From the NCBI GenBank assembly GCA_035221665.1, contig CM069159.1, positions 17,484,001-17,548,000 on the forward strand: a stretch of DNA of 64,000 bases, read 5' to 3'. The notes under the pieces are model-generated. The model made no database searches, was not told where the DNA came from, and saw only the letters and a program-made list of their open reading frames with translations. The position numbers were made by a program, and so were the translations under genes. Positions 1 to 12,635 of this stretch are shown piece after piece. Every line of letters starts with the position of its first letter. Positions within the stretch are counted from its first letter, which is position 1. The DNA comes from Okamejei kenojei. Its lineage: Eukaryota.

Positions 1-50
1 TCTCTGGAGAGAAGGAATGGGTGACATTTCGGGTCGAGACCCATCTTTAT
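1..50 (-). mobile_element. Short Penelope-derived element fragment, cut by the window edge
   Basis: TCTCTGGAGAGAAGGAATGGGTGACATTTCGGGTCGAGACCC is the reverse complement of the tail shared by the short family and the long Penelope copy (26141-26210). Confidence 0.7.
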
Positions 51-659
51 GTGCCTGGCCTAATTTTATTTTAATTTTCTCTTCTCTAACTCTCCTAAAT
101 TCTGCAGTTGATTTCCATAATGCTGGGGTACATTTGTGGTTGGCTGATTAGCCATCTGAGTGCACCAGTCACCTGGCTTTCAGAGAACGGAGCTGCCATC
201 CCAATGTCCCTGGGCTCGTGCTTCTGACAGGAGGTTGTCACCAGGCAGGTCAGCAAAGCCTTTTCCGATTGTAAGTGACTGGCTTTGCCCTGAGTCAATG
301 AGGCCCATCCCCAAGGCTCACTGTGTCAAAGCTGAGTTCACTGGCCAGCTGTCACGGTAGCCAGCAACACTGCCGGACGCTGTCATTGTGTAAGGCTCGT
401 GGGAGAGGGTCCAACAGCTCACAGCTGCATCAAGACTCAAGACTGTTTGTTATATGGACTGGGAATAGAACTATGGAATTCTTAATTGTTGCAGCTTTAC
501 AGACATAATAATATAACAACACAACAAATAAATGTACAATAATCAATATGAATAGTGCATTTCATTATCAGTAATGTAGGTTATAGTAGTTAATAGTAGG
601 TAATACTTTTAGTCGGTAATAGTAGATAACCAGACCATTATAGCTCAAAACAGAATTAC

Positions 660-1110
660 GTAGTGTAGATGAAACAAAGTTCATAGTAGACAGTTGCTGA
701 GGGAGTGTTGTGGTTAGGGTTGTGTGGTGTGGATCAGGAGCCTGATGGTTGATACGTTGAAACTGGAGGTCGCGGTTCACAGGCTCCTGTAACGCCTTCT
801 GATGGTGGCATTGAGCTGAGAGCATGGCCAGGTTGGTGTAGATTTTCAATGATATTTAGCTGCCATTTGGAGGCACCACTTCCCAGTGGATACCTTTGCT
901 GGTGGGGAGATCAGTACCCATGAAAAACTGGGCAATGTCTACCACTTACTGCAGCCTCCTCCATTCCTTTGCATTTGAGTTTCCGAACCAGGCCTTGATA
1001 CAGCCAGTGAGCATGTTCTCAATGGATACCGGAGGAAGTTCGACAGAGTATTTGGCAAAGTGGCGAATCTACTGAACTTTCTGAGGAGGTAGAGGCGGCG
1101 ATTAGCTATG
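660..1110 (-). mobile_element. Degenerate Rex1/Babar LINE ORF 3' fragment
   Basis: Minus-strand translation ANRRLYLLRKFSRF...TLSNFLRY resembles the Rex1 motif KKAQQRLYFLRRLRKF...LTNFYRC. Downstream RRYRSL...TSSFNVS also fits. Confidence 0.7.
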
Positions 1111-1827
1111 AATTTTACACTCAAAACATATAAATATTGAAGACAAAGTATAAATATTGAAGACAAGACTTTTTAGTATGTTTCAAAAGAATTCTATGTT
1201 AAGTGAAACTTTCATTTTTTGTTTTTAGGAAATAACTGTGTATCTAATGTGTATCAAATAATTGACTGTGCAGTACTGTGCAGGGCATAGTGGATTCATA
1301 GCAAATGCATTCTTAAACATCCCAGTGTTTCATTCTGATTATTAATGAATCAATATTACAACCGTGTGGCAATTTGGCGGTGTTCCTTCTTCCACTTAAT
1401 CCTATTCTAATGTTTCTCCACTATAAATGGTTTTTACCACGTGATATGTAATGTTACCGAAAATAACCTAAGGCTTCTTAAATTCAATAAAGTAAATCCT
1501 ATGATGTTGCAGATTGCTTCCCTCAGGATTACTGATGGACTTCACTGCAAATATTAGACCTAATATTTATTGTGAATCAAAAAGTCCCCTGCACAACAAA
1601 TCCAAACCCTCCAGTGCTGTCTTTTCTTAAATGTTCAAAAATGAACTTTGAGCAAAACAAAGTTTGGCACTCTATCTCAGTTCACGTGACAATAATAAAC
1701 TAATACCAATTGCAACTATTCACAACAGTGGAGAGGTTTGCAATTATTTTTAGTCAAAGATTCTGCAAAAGAGATAGGTAAAAGGTTGAAATAGAAGGTT
1801 TTTATATTATGTAGGTGGGTGAATACT

Positions 1828-2140
1828 TAACCAGCCAGCGAGCAGTCCTGAACTACTATCTACTTCATTGGTGAACCTCGGACTAGCCTTGATCAGACTT
1901 TGCTGGCTTCACCTTCGCTCCTTAGGCTGCTGCACCCGCTGAGTGCTTTTTGTGTAATCAGACTTTGCTGGCTTCACCTTGAACTAAACAATATTCCCCT
2001 ATTATGTATCTATACACTATAATGGCTCAATTGTAAACACTTGGTCTTTCCGCTGACTGGATACCACGCAACAAAAGCTTTTCACTGTACCTAGGTACAC
2101 TTGACAATAAACTAAACTGTAAACTGTAAACTGTAAACAG
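1828..2140 (+). mobile_element. Rex1/Babar-type 3' UTR and tail with a small nested insert
   Basis: Ends in CACTGTACCTAGGTACACTTGACAATAAACTAAACTG(TAAACTG)n. The same tail occurs at 4860-5097 and, reversed, at 41280-41550. Confidence 0.7.
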
Positions 2141-2869
2141 AAAAGCAAAATCAAGGCCCTGGTTTTGTGCCGTACATTGCATTTAACTTTGTGATAACTG
2201 ATAAAAGGGAATGTACTGTTTCTACTTGGGTTAAATTATACAAAGGCAAGGACTATACAGTATCTGTCTTTGGATAATTAATTGCTGAGATATTTTTCCT
2301 TCAGTTCCCAATAGATTATGAGATGTTTCCGTTCGCTAATGCCTTCCGGGAATCTGGATATTCAATCTCAAACACAATCGCAGTCAAATAGTTTGAGATT
2401 TGGTATCATTTTATACACATATGGAAACCAATGACGCCTTTCAAATTTGACAGATCAGCACTTGCCTTTTTCAATAGACTCGGAATGGAATACAAAAGTG
2501 AACGTTTTGACCTTTTCAAATATTCAGGTTTTGTATGAATTGGGTGAGTGGATAAAGCTAAATATTAGAATTCCTTGACAATGTTCATCCATCATGTACA
2601 GATCAAGAGTTCTTCAGGCAGCATAGGTTTAACAATAAAAAAAAATCAAAATTAAGCATTTTTTCCCGCATCATTGGAAACTGTTTCCTTTTTTTTGGGA
2701 GGGCAGTGCATTAAATGATCTTGTTATGTTTTACGTGATTAAATGTGCGTGGAAAGGGCAAAGAGATGTGAAGAGTGAACGTTAATTGGGTTTCCTGTCT
2801 CTAGTTTTTTATTGCATCATCTGCCTTATCAGCAGATTAGCAATGTTTTGGGGCAGTACACTTCTTACA

Positions 2870-2965
2870 AGTAAAGAAGGGTTCCCACCCAAAATGTCAC
2901 CTATCCATGTTCTCCGGAGATACTGCTTGAACCATTGAGTTACGCCAGCAGTTTGTGTTTTTTGT
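2870..2965 (+). mobile_element. Short Penelope-derived element (degenerate)
   Basis: AAGAAGGGTTCCCACCCAAAATGTCACCTATCCATGTTCTCCGGAGATACTGC...GAGTTACGCCAGCA matches the family tail. Confidence 0.65.
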
Positions 2966-3029
2966 TTCTGTAGTAAGATGTGTGTGTAAGGTTGTAGGTT
3001 TTCACAAGAGACTGCCGAGTCAATTGTTA

Positions 3030-3124
3030 CAGACACAAAATGCTGGAATAACTCATTGGGACAGGCAGCATATATGGATTGAAGTAATGGGTGATGTTTC
3101 GGATCGAGACCCTTCTTCAGACTC
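3030..3124 (-). mobile_element. Short Penelope-derived element with 12-bp TSD
   Basis: Flanked by the direct repeat AGTCAATTGTTA (3018-3029, 3125-3136). The minus strand carries CTGAAGAAGGGTCTCGATCCGAAAC. Confidence 0.8.
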
Positions 3125-3857
3125 AGTCAATTGTTATTCCAGATGTGTAGTTTGCATGCCAGACTGTAAAAGGAATGCAATATGACCAAAAGACTTATGG
3201 CACCTAAACTGTTCTTCAACATAAATTTGCATCCCCTCTTACAGTCACTCAACCAATGTCACCTTCATACTTTGTTTTTAATTAAATCTAGGCAGGAAAA
3301 TTAAATGTTTCTGCCTTATGGCAACAAGCAGTCTTCACTCCAAGTTTAATAATAAAAAGTTTTTTAATTGTGTCGATTTTATCAACCATGAAACATCATG
3401 TGGCTGATTGGCTCGACACACTGACAGTTCTTGTAAATGTTTCAGGCATGAACGTCATCAGCATTTCCAGGGGAAGCTATACATTGTGACAGGAGATTTA
3501 ATATTGGAAATTTTAACAAGCAGCTTGTTAAGGTTGAAAATAGTTAGTACATATATGTCCCATATTATTCGCCCAATGTGAAGTCCCATGTGTCCAGTAT
3601 GAATGAACTCCATGCTAATAAGCCTGCTGCACTGACTCTGGGAATGGGACAGAATGCAAATGGATTCTCATTGGACTTTGACAAACAGCACAATTGCTGA
3701 TATCTCTCCAGACATAAAACAGACGATGTAATCTTTTCACTTTCATTTCCAATTGTTCCTAATCCCTTGTGGAAGCATTAATCCTTGCCCTAGAAAATAT
3801 TTTAATGGATACCTCCTGCCCTCTGTGTCTTGTCAAATTGACAATTTTATCAAGTTG

Positions 3858-4062
3858 GAAGGAGCTGCAGGTGCTGTCATTTTTTGTGGAACACTAATTG
3901 CTGGCTAGAGGGTCAGGCAGCATCTCTGGAGGACATGGATAAACAAGGTTTTGGGTCGGGACTGGTACTTATTCAGTCTGAAGCAGGGTCCTGACCTGAA
4001 GCGTCACCATTCATGTCAACCCAAGATACTGTCTGACCGGCTGAGCTACTCCTACAATTTGT
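3858..4062. mobile_element. Inverted pair of Penelope-derived short repeats
   Basis: A minus-orientation half (GGCAGCATCTCTGGAG...GGGTCGGGAC) is followed by a plus-orientation half (GTCTGAAGCAGGGTCCTGACCTGAAGCGTCACC...GCTGAGCTACTCC). Confidence 0.65.
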
Positions 4063-4299
4063 ATTCCGGCTATTTAATATATATTTTTTAGTATCAGGAG
4101 GCTTGAAAACTTGGGAGAGGAGAGTATCTAAGCATTATCATAATTAGCATTGTCCTTAAACATCTGATTTCCTTTCCATCTTCTTGATGAATATGTCTTT
4201 AACTATTCAGGCACAAAGCTTTGCTTTTTCTCCCCAAATATCATCATCATCACTTTAATGACAAAAACCTATTAAACCTTTCACTTTTGCTGAGCTTAT

Positions 4300-5097
4300 T
4301 ATCTCATGAGAAGGCTCAGGAAGTTTGGCATGTCCCCAACAACTCTCACAAACTTCTACAGATGCAGCATAGAAACAATGTTATTGGAATGCATTAAGTA
4401 AGTAAGTTTATTGGCCAAGTATTCACATACAAGGAATTTGCCTTGGTGCTCCACCCACAAGTAACAACATGACATACAGTGACAGTTACGAATCACTCAG
4501 AACACACTAAACATTAATAATAATAAAACATTAATGATAAAACACCATTGATCAATCATGTGAACCAACAAAATACCAGATCAAAGCATAGTTTCCCAAA
4601 CTACAGCATAGTTTGGGGAAAGCTCCGTCCAAGACCACAAGAAATAGCAGAGAATTGTGGACCGGAACCACACAAACTAACCTCCCTCCTGTTGACTACA
4701 TCTTCACTTCACGCTGCGTCAGTATGGCCACCAGCACAATCAAACACACATTTCACCCATCCCCCTTCAGGCAAGAGGTACAGAAGTGTGAAAATGCATA
4801 CTTCTAGATTCAGGGACAATTTCTTCCCAGTGGTTATCAGACAACTGAACCATCCTATCATCAACTAGGTCGTGGTCTTGAGCTACCATCTACCTCATTG
4901 GAGACTCTTGGGCTATCTTTCATCGGACTTTATTAGACTTTATCTTGCACTAAACGTTATTCTCTTTATCATGGATCTGTACACTGTGGACAATTTGATT
5001 GTAATCATGGATAGTCATTTCGTTGATTAGACAACATGCAACAAAAAAGCTTTTAATTGCACCTCAGTTCATGTGACAATAAACTAAGCTAAACTAA
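4300..5097 (+). mobile_element. Rex1/Babar LINE 3' fragment interrupted by a short insert (~4397-4590)
   Basis: ORF 4548-4868 ends PSGKRYRSVKMHTSRFRDNFFPVVIRQLN, the Rex1 C-terminal motif. The tail is GTGACAATAAACTAAG. Confidence 0.8.
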
Positions 5098-5479
5098 TCT
5101 TGTCCTGCTAACTACTAATATAGTTTGCTATCAAACTCTGTCTGATGGCCTTTCTGTTTATTGCCTTGCCATTTAATTATATTAAAAGTGCTAAGAAAAT
5201 GCAATTGGTTTTAGTTGAGGAATGCATACAATTATCTCTCTTTTCCTCATTCAGGAACACCAGGGTCAAATAGATTGTCCCAGTTTCCATCATGATTGAA
5301 ATATGGCATTTAAGCAGAGATTAAGTTGTGAAAAATATATTCAACCGTAAGAAAAGCAAATATCTCATGTTCAATATATATTTTCTAATAAGAATTATAT
5401 ATTTTCTAATAAGAAAAACAAGAAAGAGAAATGGGATTGGATGGTACCGACTACTCTACCCTTAAACAACATCAAAGTT

Positions 5480-6628
5480 GATATTTAGGGTGAGGTTTAT
5501 TATGGTTAATGCACTTCACCTTGCACTGTGCAGTGAAAAGCTTTGTTTTGCCTGCTATCCAAAAGGATCAGATGCACCATCCATAAATATAATTGTCAAA
5601 CATAAGTACAATAGATGGGGCAAAGGGGAAGAAGTTACAGAGTGCAAAGTACAGTCCTCAGCATTGTACCACATGAGTTCCATAGATACATTCAAAAATC
5701 CCCAATGCAATAGAAGAGAATCAGACAGTCCCCAAGCTTATGGAAGGACCACACAGAAGCCTAATAATTGAAAGAAGCTGTGAGTCTGGTGGTGTGAGCT
5801 TTCAAGCTTCTGTACCTTCTGCTGGGTGAGAGCAGGGAGACGACGGAATGACCAGGATGGGACAAGTGTTTGATTATATTGGCTGCTTTTCCAAGGCAGC
5901 ATGAAGTGTAGATGGAGTCAATGGTGGGTAGTCTGGTCTGTGTGATGGACTGGGCTACATCTGCAAGTCTGCAAATTCTTATAGTCTTGGACAGAACTAT
6001 TCCAAAACCCAATTGTGTAGCAACCCAACAGTATAACCTCTATAGTGCATCTATAGATGTTTGTAAGAGTTACTGGAGACATGTTGAATTTCCTCTGCCT
6101 CTTCAGGAAGTAGAGGCATTGGGGTACCACCATGGCTGTCGCATCAATATAGTTGGTCCATGACAAATCAATGGTGGTATTAAGGGCAGGGAATTTGAAG
6201 CTCTCAACTATTCTCACTTCTGCACCATTGATGCTGATTGGGGCATTTAATTTCACCAAAGCCTCCTGAAGTCAATATTTATCTCCTTCGCCTTGTCCTG
6301 ACACCATGTCACTCATTTCACTATCTACTTTCCCAACTTCGTCTTGTTATCGTTCACGATAGGGCCCACCACAGTGGTGTCATCTGCAAATTTGTAGATG
6401 GAATAAGAGCTGAATGTGGGCATTCAGTTGTGAGTGTACAGGGAGTAAAGTGGGGGACTGAGAATGAGTCCTTCCAAGGCACGGACTTCTTGTGAAGGAA
6501 GTTTTGTCAACAATCTTCATTGATTTGAGATCTGTGAGTCAGAAAGTCAAGCATCCAGTGGAAGAGGGGAGAGCTAATTCCTAGGTCCATGAGTTGTAGA
6601 TGTATTTGGATGGGATTGTGATACTGAA

Positions 6629-6669
<41 letters not shown>

Positions 6670-6830
6670 AGATAGGCGTCTAACATAGGAGTTCTTGTTG
6701 TCTAGGTGTTCCAGAAATTAGTTTAGAGCTAGGGAGAAGCCATTCACTGTTGGACCTGTTTCCACGGTCAACAAACTGCAGTGGATCAAGGTTGGATGTT
6801 ACACCATTCTCTTGAAGCACTGCATGATGA
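5480..6830 (-). mobile_element. Rex1/Babar LINE RT 3' portion (decayed)
   Basis: Minus ORFs read APISINGAEVRIVESFKF...DLSWTNYIDA...CLYFLKRQRKFNMS...LTNIYRCTIE and SPSRRYRSLKAHTTRL. Upstream LDPLQFVDRGNRS resembles LDPLQFAYRxNRS. Confidence 0.85.
6632..6663. repeat. (TA)n microsatellite
   Basis: Seen directly in the sequence. Confidence 0.95.
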
Positions 6831-6839
6831 TGGATGTCA

Positions 6840-7702
6840 GAGCCATGATGCCAGAAGGACACTGCCCAGTCCATCACCGGCTCTGTCCGCCCCACCATTG
6901 AAGGGATTTATCGGAGTCGCTGCTTCAAAAAGACAGCCAGCACCATCCGAGACCCACACCATCCTGGCCACACTCATTTCACCCTTACCATCGAGAAGAA
7001 GGTACAGGAGCCTGAAAACTGTAACATCCAGGTTCAGGAACAGCTTCTTCCCTACAGCCATCAGGCTATTAAACACAACAACCTCGAACAAGCTCTGAAC
7101 TACAATAGACTATTATTATTATTTTTTTTATTGCACTACTATTGTTTGTATTTGTGTGTATGTATGTGTGCGTATGTTTATATGTAAATNNNNNNNNNNN
7201 NNNNNNNNNNNNNNNNNNNNNNNNNNNNNNNNNNNNNNNNNNNNNNNNNNNNNNNNNNNNNNNNNNNNNNNNNNNNNNNNNNNNNNNNNNNNNNNNNNNN
7301 NNNNNNNNNNNNNNNNNNNNNNNNNNNNNNNNNNNNNNNNNNNNNNNNNNNNNNNNNNNNNNNNNNNNNNNNNNNNNNNNNNNNNNNNNNNNNNNNNNNN
7401 NNNNNNNNNNNNNNNNNNNNNNNNNNNNNNNNNNNNNNNNNNNNNNNNNNNNNNNNNNNNNNNNNNNNNNNNNNNNNNNNNNNNNNNNNNNNNNNNNNNN
7501 NNNNNNNNNNNNNNNNNNNNNNNNNNNNNNNNNNNNNNNNNNNNNNNNNNNNNNNNNNNNATATATACACACTTAACTGTTTTTCTCTGGTTTATTATAT
7601 TGTTTACTGTGTACTATGTTTGCATATTGTGTTGTGCTGCAGGAAGTAAGAATGTCATTGTTCTATCTGGGACATATGACAATAAAACACTCTTGACTCT
7701 CC
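6840..7702 (+). mobile_element. Rex1/Babar LINE 3' end spanning an N gap (7190-7560)
   Basis: LPSRRRYRSLKTVTSRFRNSFFPTAIRLLN; tail GACATATGACAATAAAACACTCTTGAC. Confidence 0.85.
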
Positions 7703-7705
7703 CTT

Positions 7706-7825
7706 AAGAATTAGGCCATTTGGCCCATAAAGTCTACTCTGAAATTCATTAATGGCTGATCTATCTTTCCCTCTCAACCCCAGTCTCCTGCCTTCTCCCG
7801 ATAACCCTTGACACCCATAATATCC
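7706..7825 (-). mobile_element. CR1/HER1-type LINE 3' tail
   Basis: TAGGCCATTTGGCCC...ATGGCTGATCTATCTTTCCCTCTCAACCCC matches the other CR1 tails in the window. Confidence 0.7.
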
Positions 7826-8475
7826 AATAATTTTTCTTCGGACCGCGTCTTTTTGAAGCCTGTGGGGACGTCGAAATGGAATAGTGAGATGCTAAAGATG
7901 TCTGTGAATACCTCTGCTTGCTGATACGTACAGTCCCGAGATTATGACCAGGGTGTCCATCAGGACCATTTGATATTTTACTTTGTCCCAGTTTTTGCTC
8001 AGTGCCCATATTCCTTTGTGGCTAGGTTCTATTTTATCCAAATATCTGTTAGTTCTGTTAGTGACTGAGCATCTTCAGCTCTGAACAGGGAATTGTGAAG
8101 AATTATAACTTACTGTGCAACAAAATTTCTCCTCCTCTCACACCCAAAATCTTATTTGAAGCCTCTCTGAGGAAATGGCCTTTGAGGATCAACCCCTCAC
8201 AGTTTCTTTTTGTAGTTCAATTAGATCGGCTCTCATTCCTTTCCACTCCACTGAGCCTTGGTCCATTTTACCTTGCCTCTCCAGCAGAAGTCCCCTTCAA
8301 GTTGGTTGTGCATTATATCTGGTGCTCTCATTTGGAAGCAGTGAATTTTGAAGCATTCACAGTATCCCTGTGCTCCGCTACCCAATTTGATTTTTTAATT
8401 TTTTTTATAGATTAAAGGTTATTGTATATTGCCCCCAACAGCTGGGTGACAGGAGAAACAGTAGAGTTCATGCTG

Positions 8476-8626
8476 ATAGACACAAAATGCTGGAGTAACT
8501 CAGTAGGTCAGGCAGCATCTCTCGAGCAAAGGAATAGGTGACATTATGGCTTGGAATCTTTCTTCATCCTGGTGGAGTTATTTTGTGTCTATCTTCGATG
8601 TAAACCAGCATCTGCAGTTCCTTCCT
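8476..8626. mobile_element. Penelope-derived short element with inverted halves
   Basis: AGACACAAAATGCTGGAGTAACTCAG... followed by ...TTTTGTGTCTATCTTCGATGTAAACCAGCATCTGCAGTTCC. Confidence 0.7.
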
Positions 8627-8993
8627 TTATCAACTTTTGTTGAAACTTAAACCCCTGTCTCACTGTGCGAGTTGGCCCACGAGTGACCCCGAGTTTTTCA
8701 CTCGTGGTGATCACGTAGCGGGAACGTCGGAACTCGCACGAGCAACTTATCGACTCGTGGCGCTAACGGCAGGTACTCGGGAAACTTGTTAACTCGTGAA
8801 AAAAATCAAACATGATTTTGATTTGTTCCACGGAAGATCAAAATTAACTGTTTCAAGTGTTAACAAATGGAACATTTTAACTCGTTGTAATTACGTAGTG
8901 GGCCCCGTGCGTTTATTTTAGTGTATCGTGAAGAGTACCGTGGGAACTTTTTAATAATCTGTTCTTTTTCTCGTTAAGACTGAACCAATGATA

Positions 8994-9480
8994 AGACACA
9001 AAAATGATGGAGTTTATAAATCAGCGGACCAGGCAGCATCTCTGGAGAGAAGGAATAGAGTCGTGAAACCCTTCTTCAGAATTTCCTTCGCTCCAGTGAT
9101 GCAGCCTGTTCCCGCAGAGTTACTCAGCATTTAGTGTCTATCTTCAGGCCTTTCTGCCACTTGTCCCCGTGGCTTCACTCTGTATCAATGAACGGCTTTA
9201 AAGACCTTGCCGTAGGGGGCAAGGTCTGGGGTGGTGGGTGGGATGTGTCCACGTGTGTGCTCCATCCCACCCCCCCGGGGCCGAGGAGTGTGGGAATTGG
9301 GAAGGAACTGCAGTGCTGGTTCACACCGGAGATAGACACACACCAATGCTGTGAGTAACTCGGCGGGGACAGGGCTGACATCTCTGGAGGCGAAGAATGG
9401 GATTGGCATTTCGGGTAAGTCTGAAGAAAGGGTTCGACTCTATTCCTTCTCTCCAAGAGATGCTGCCTGGTCGCTGAGTT
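8994..9480. mobile_element. Two nested Penelope-derived inverted-pair elements
   Basis: The family tail appears in both orientations at about 8994-9145 and 9300-9480. Confidence 0.65.
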
Positions 9481-10294
9481 GTGTGTTGTGTGTCTCTCTC
9501 CTCTCTGTCTAATCTGTGTGATATCTGTGTGTGTGTTCTGATTGTAGGGTTCCTGGTGGCCGCTTCAAAGTCACCGAGCTGGCTTGAATTCCTCTGAAGT
9601 GGGTGGCCAGCTTGCTGTCTGTGTTGGTATGTGTGTGTGTTGGTGTGTGTGTGTGTGTGTCTCTCTCTCTCCCTCTCTGGTCTATCTGTGTGTGGTTTGT
9701 GTTGTGTGCTGTGTGTGTGTGTGTGTGTACTGGTTCGGGTCCCGGTGGCCGCTCAAAGTCACCCGAGCTGCATTAATTCCTCTGAAAGTGTTGGCCAAGC
9801 TGCTGTCTGTGTTGTATCTCTGTGTGTGTGTGTGTGTGTGTTTGTGTGGGTGTGTGTGTGTGTGTGTGTGTGTCTCTCTCTCTCCTCTTGTCTTATCTGT
9901 GTGTATCTGTGGGTGTGTCTGATGTCGGGTCCCGGTGGCCGCTAAAGTCATCCGAGCTGCCATCATTCCTCTGAAGTGGTGACCAGCTNNNNNNNNNNNN
10001 NNNNNNNNNNNNNNNNNNNNNNNNNNNNNNNNNNNNNNNNNNNNNNNNNNNNNNNNNNNNNNNNNNNNNNNNNNNNNNNNNNNNNNNNNNNNNNNNNNNN
10101 NNNNNNNNNNNNNNNNNNNNNNNNNNNNNNNNNNNNNNNNNNNNNNNNNNNNNNNNNNNNNNNNNNNNNNNNTATCGGTGTATCTGTTGTTGTGTGTGTT
10201 CTGATGTCGGGTCCCGTTGCCGCTCAAAGTCATCCGAGCTGCCTCATTCCTCTGAAGTGGTGACCAGCTGCTGTCTGTGAGTATCTCTCTCTCG

Positions 10295-10328
<34 letters not shown>

Positions 10329-12232
10329 TGTGTGTGTGTGTGATGTGTGTGTGTCTCCCTCCTCCTCTCTGTTATCTTGTGTGTTGTGTGGGTGTGTGTG
10401 TGTACTGTCGGTCCGGTGCCGTCAGTCACCGAGTGCTTAATTCTCTGAGTGGTGGGCCGCTGTGTCCCTGTGTGTATCTTCTCTGTGTGTATGTTGTCTC
10501 CTCCTTTCTCTCCTCCTCTCTTGTCTATCTGTGTGTACTGTTGTGTGTCTATTGTCGGGTCCCGGTGCCGCTCAATGATCACCCGATGCTGCTCATTTCT
10601 CTGAAGTGGTGACCAGCTGTGTCTGTGTTTACTCTGTGTTGTGTGCTGTGTGTGTGGTGTGTTTGTGTCTTCTCACTCTCTACCTCTCTCTGTGCAATCT
10701 GTGGTTGTATCTGTGGTTGTGGTCTGATGTCGGGTCACGGTGGACGCTCAAAGTCATCGCAGAGCTGGCCTCACTTCCCTGAAGTGTGTGACCAGCTGCT
10801 GTTCTGTTGTATCCTCTCTCTTCTGTGTGTGTGTTGTGGTTGTGTGTGTGTGTGTATTGTGTGTGTTGTGTTCTTCTCTCTCCTTCCTTCTCTCTGTCTA
10901 TCTCTGTGTATTGTGTGTGTGTGTGTACTGTCCCGGGTCCCCGGTGGCCGCTCAGTCACCCGAGCTGCTTAATTCCTCTGAAGTGGTGTGCCAGCTGCTG
11001 TCTGTGTGTATCTCTGTGTGTGTGTGTGTGGTGTGTGTGTGTGTGTGTGTGTGTGTGTCTCTCTCTCTCCCTCCTGTCTATCTGTGGTGTATCTGTGTGT
11101 GTGTCTGATGTCGGGTCCCGGTGGCCGCTCAAAGTCATCCGAGCTGCCTCATTCCTCTGAAGTGGTGACCNNNNNNNNNNNNNNNNNNNNNNNNNNNNNN
11201 NNNNNNNNNNNNNNNNNNNNNNNNNNNNNNNNNNNNNNNNNNNNNNNNNNNNNNNNNNNNNNNNNNNNNNNNNNNNNNNNNNNNNNNNNNNNNNNNNNNN
11301 NNNNNNNNNNNNNNNNNNNNNNNNNNNNNNNNNNNNNNNNNNNNNNNNNNNNNNNNNNNNNNNNNNNNNNNNNNNNNNNNNNNNNNNNNNNNNNNNNNNN
11401 NNNNNNNNNGGCCGCTCAAAGTCATCCGAGCTGCCTCATTCCTCTGAAGTGGTGACCAGCTGCTGTCTNNNNNNNNNNNNNNNNNNNNNNNNNNNNNNNN
11501 NNNNNNNNNNNNNNNNNNNNNNNNNNNNNNNNNNNNNNNNNNNNNNNNNNNNNNNNNNNNNNNNNNNNNNNNNNNNNNNNNNNNNNNNNNNNNNNNTCTC
11601 TGTCTATCTGTGTGTGTGTGTGTGTGTGTACTGTCGGGTCCCGGTGGCCGCTCAGTCACCCGAGCTGCTTAATTCCTCTGAAGTGGTGGCCAGCTGCTGT
11701 CTGTGTGTATCTCTCTGTGTGTGTATGTGTCTCTCTCTCTCTCCCTCTCTGTCTATCTGTGTGTATCTGTGTGTGTGTCTAATGTCGGGTCCCCGGTGGC
11801 CGCTCAGTCACCCGAGCTGCCTCATTCCTCTGAAGTNNNNNNNNNNNNNNNNNNNNNNNNNNNNNNNNNNNNNNNNNNNNNNNNNNNNNNNNNNNNNNNN
11901 NNNNNNNNNNNNNNNNNNNNNNNNNNNNNNNNNNNNNNNNNNNNNNNNNNNNNNNNNNNNNNNNNNGGCCGCTCAAGTCATCCGAGCTGCCCTCATTCCT
12001 CTGAAGTGTGANNNNNNNNNNNNNNNNNNNNNNNNNNNNNNNNNNNNNNNNNNNNNNNNNNNNNNNNNNNNNNNNNNNNNNNNNNNNNNNNNNNNNNNNN
12101 NNNNNNNNNNNNNNNNNNNNNNNNNNNNNNNNNNNNNNNNNNNNNNNNNNNNNNNGCCGCTCAGTCACCCGAGCTGCTTAATTCCTCTGAAGTGTGGCCA
12201 GCTGCTGTCTGTGTGTATCTCTCTCTGTCCCC

Positions 12233-12271
<39 letters not shown>

Positions 12272-12408
12272 TCTCTCTCTCCCTCTCTGTCTATCTGTGT
12301 GTATCCTGTGTGTGTGTCTAATGTCGGGTCCCGGTGGCCGCTCAAAGTCATCTGAGCTGCCTCATTCCTCTGAAGTGGTGACCAGCTGCTGTCTGTGTGT
12401 ATCTCTCT

Positions 12409-12457
<49 letters not shown>

Positions 12458-12581
12458 TCTCTCTCTCCCTCTCTGTCTATCTCTGTGTTGTGTGTGTGTG
12501 TACTGTCGGGTCCCGGCGGCCGCTCAGTCACCCGAGCTGCTTAATTCCTCTGAAGTGGTGGCCAGCTGCTGTCTGTGTGTA

Positions 12582-12635
<54 letters not shown>

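Noticed and set aside
7069-7707. Long ORFs around 7.1-7.7 kb
   Set aside because: They consist mostly of the N gap at 7190-7560.
11105-11162. C/D-box snoRNA reading of the A-type core (TGATGT...CTGA)
   Set aside because: The C box is imperfect, it is absent from B units, and there is no terminal stem or recognisable guide sequence.
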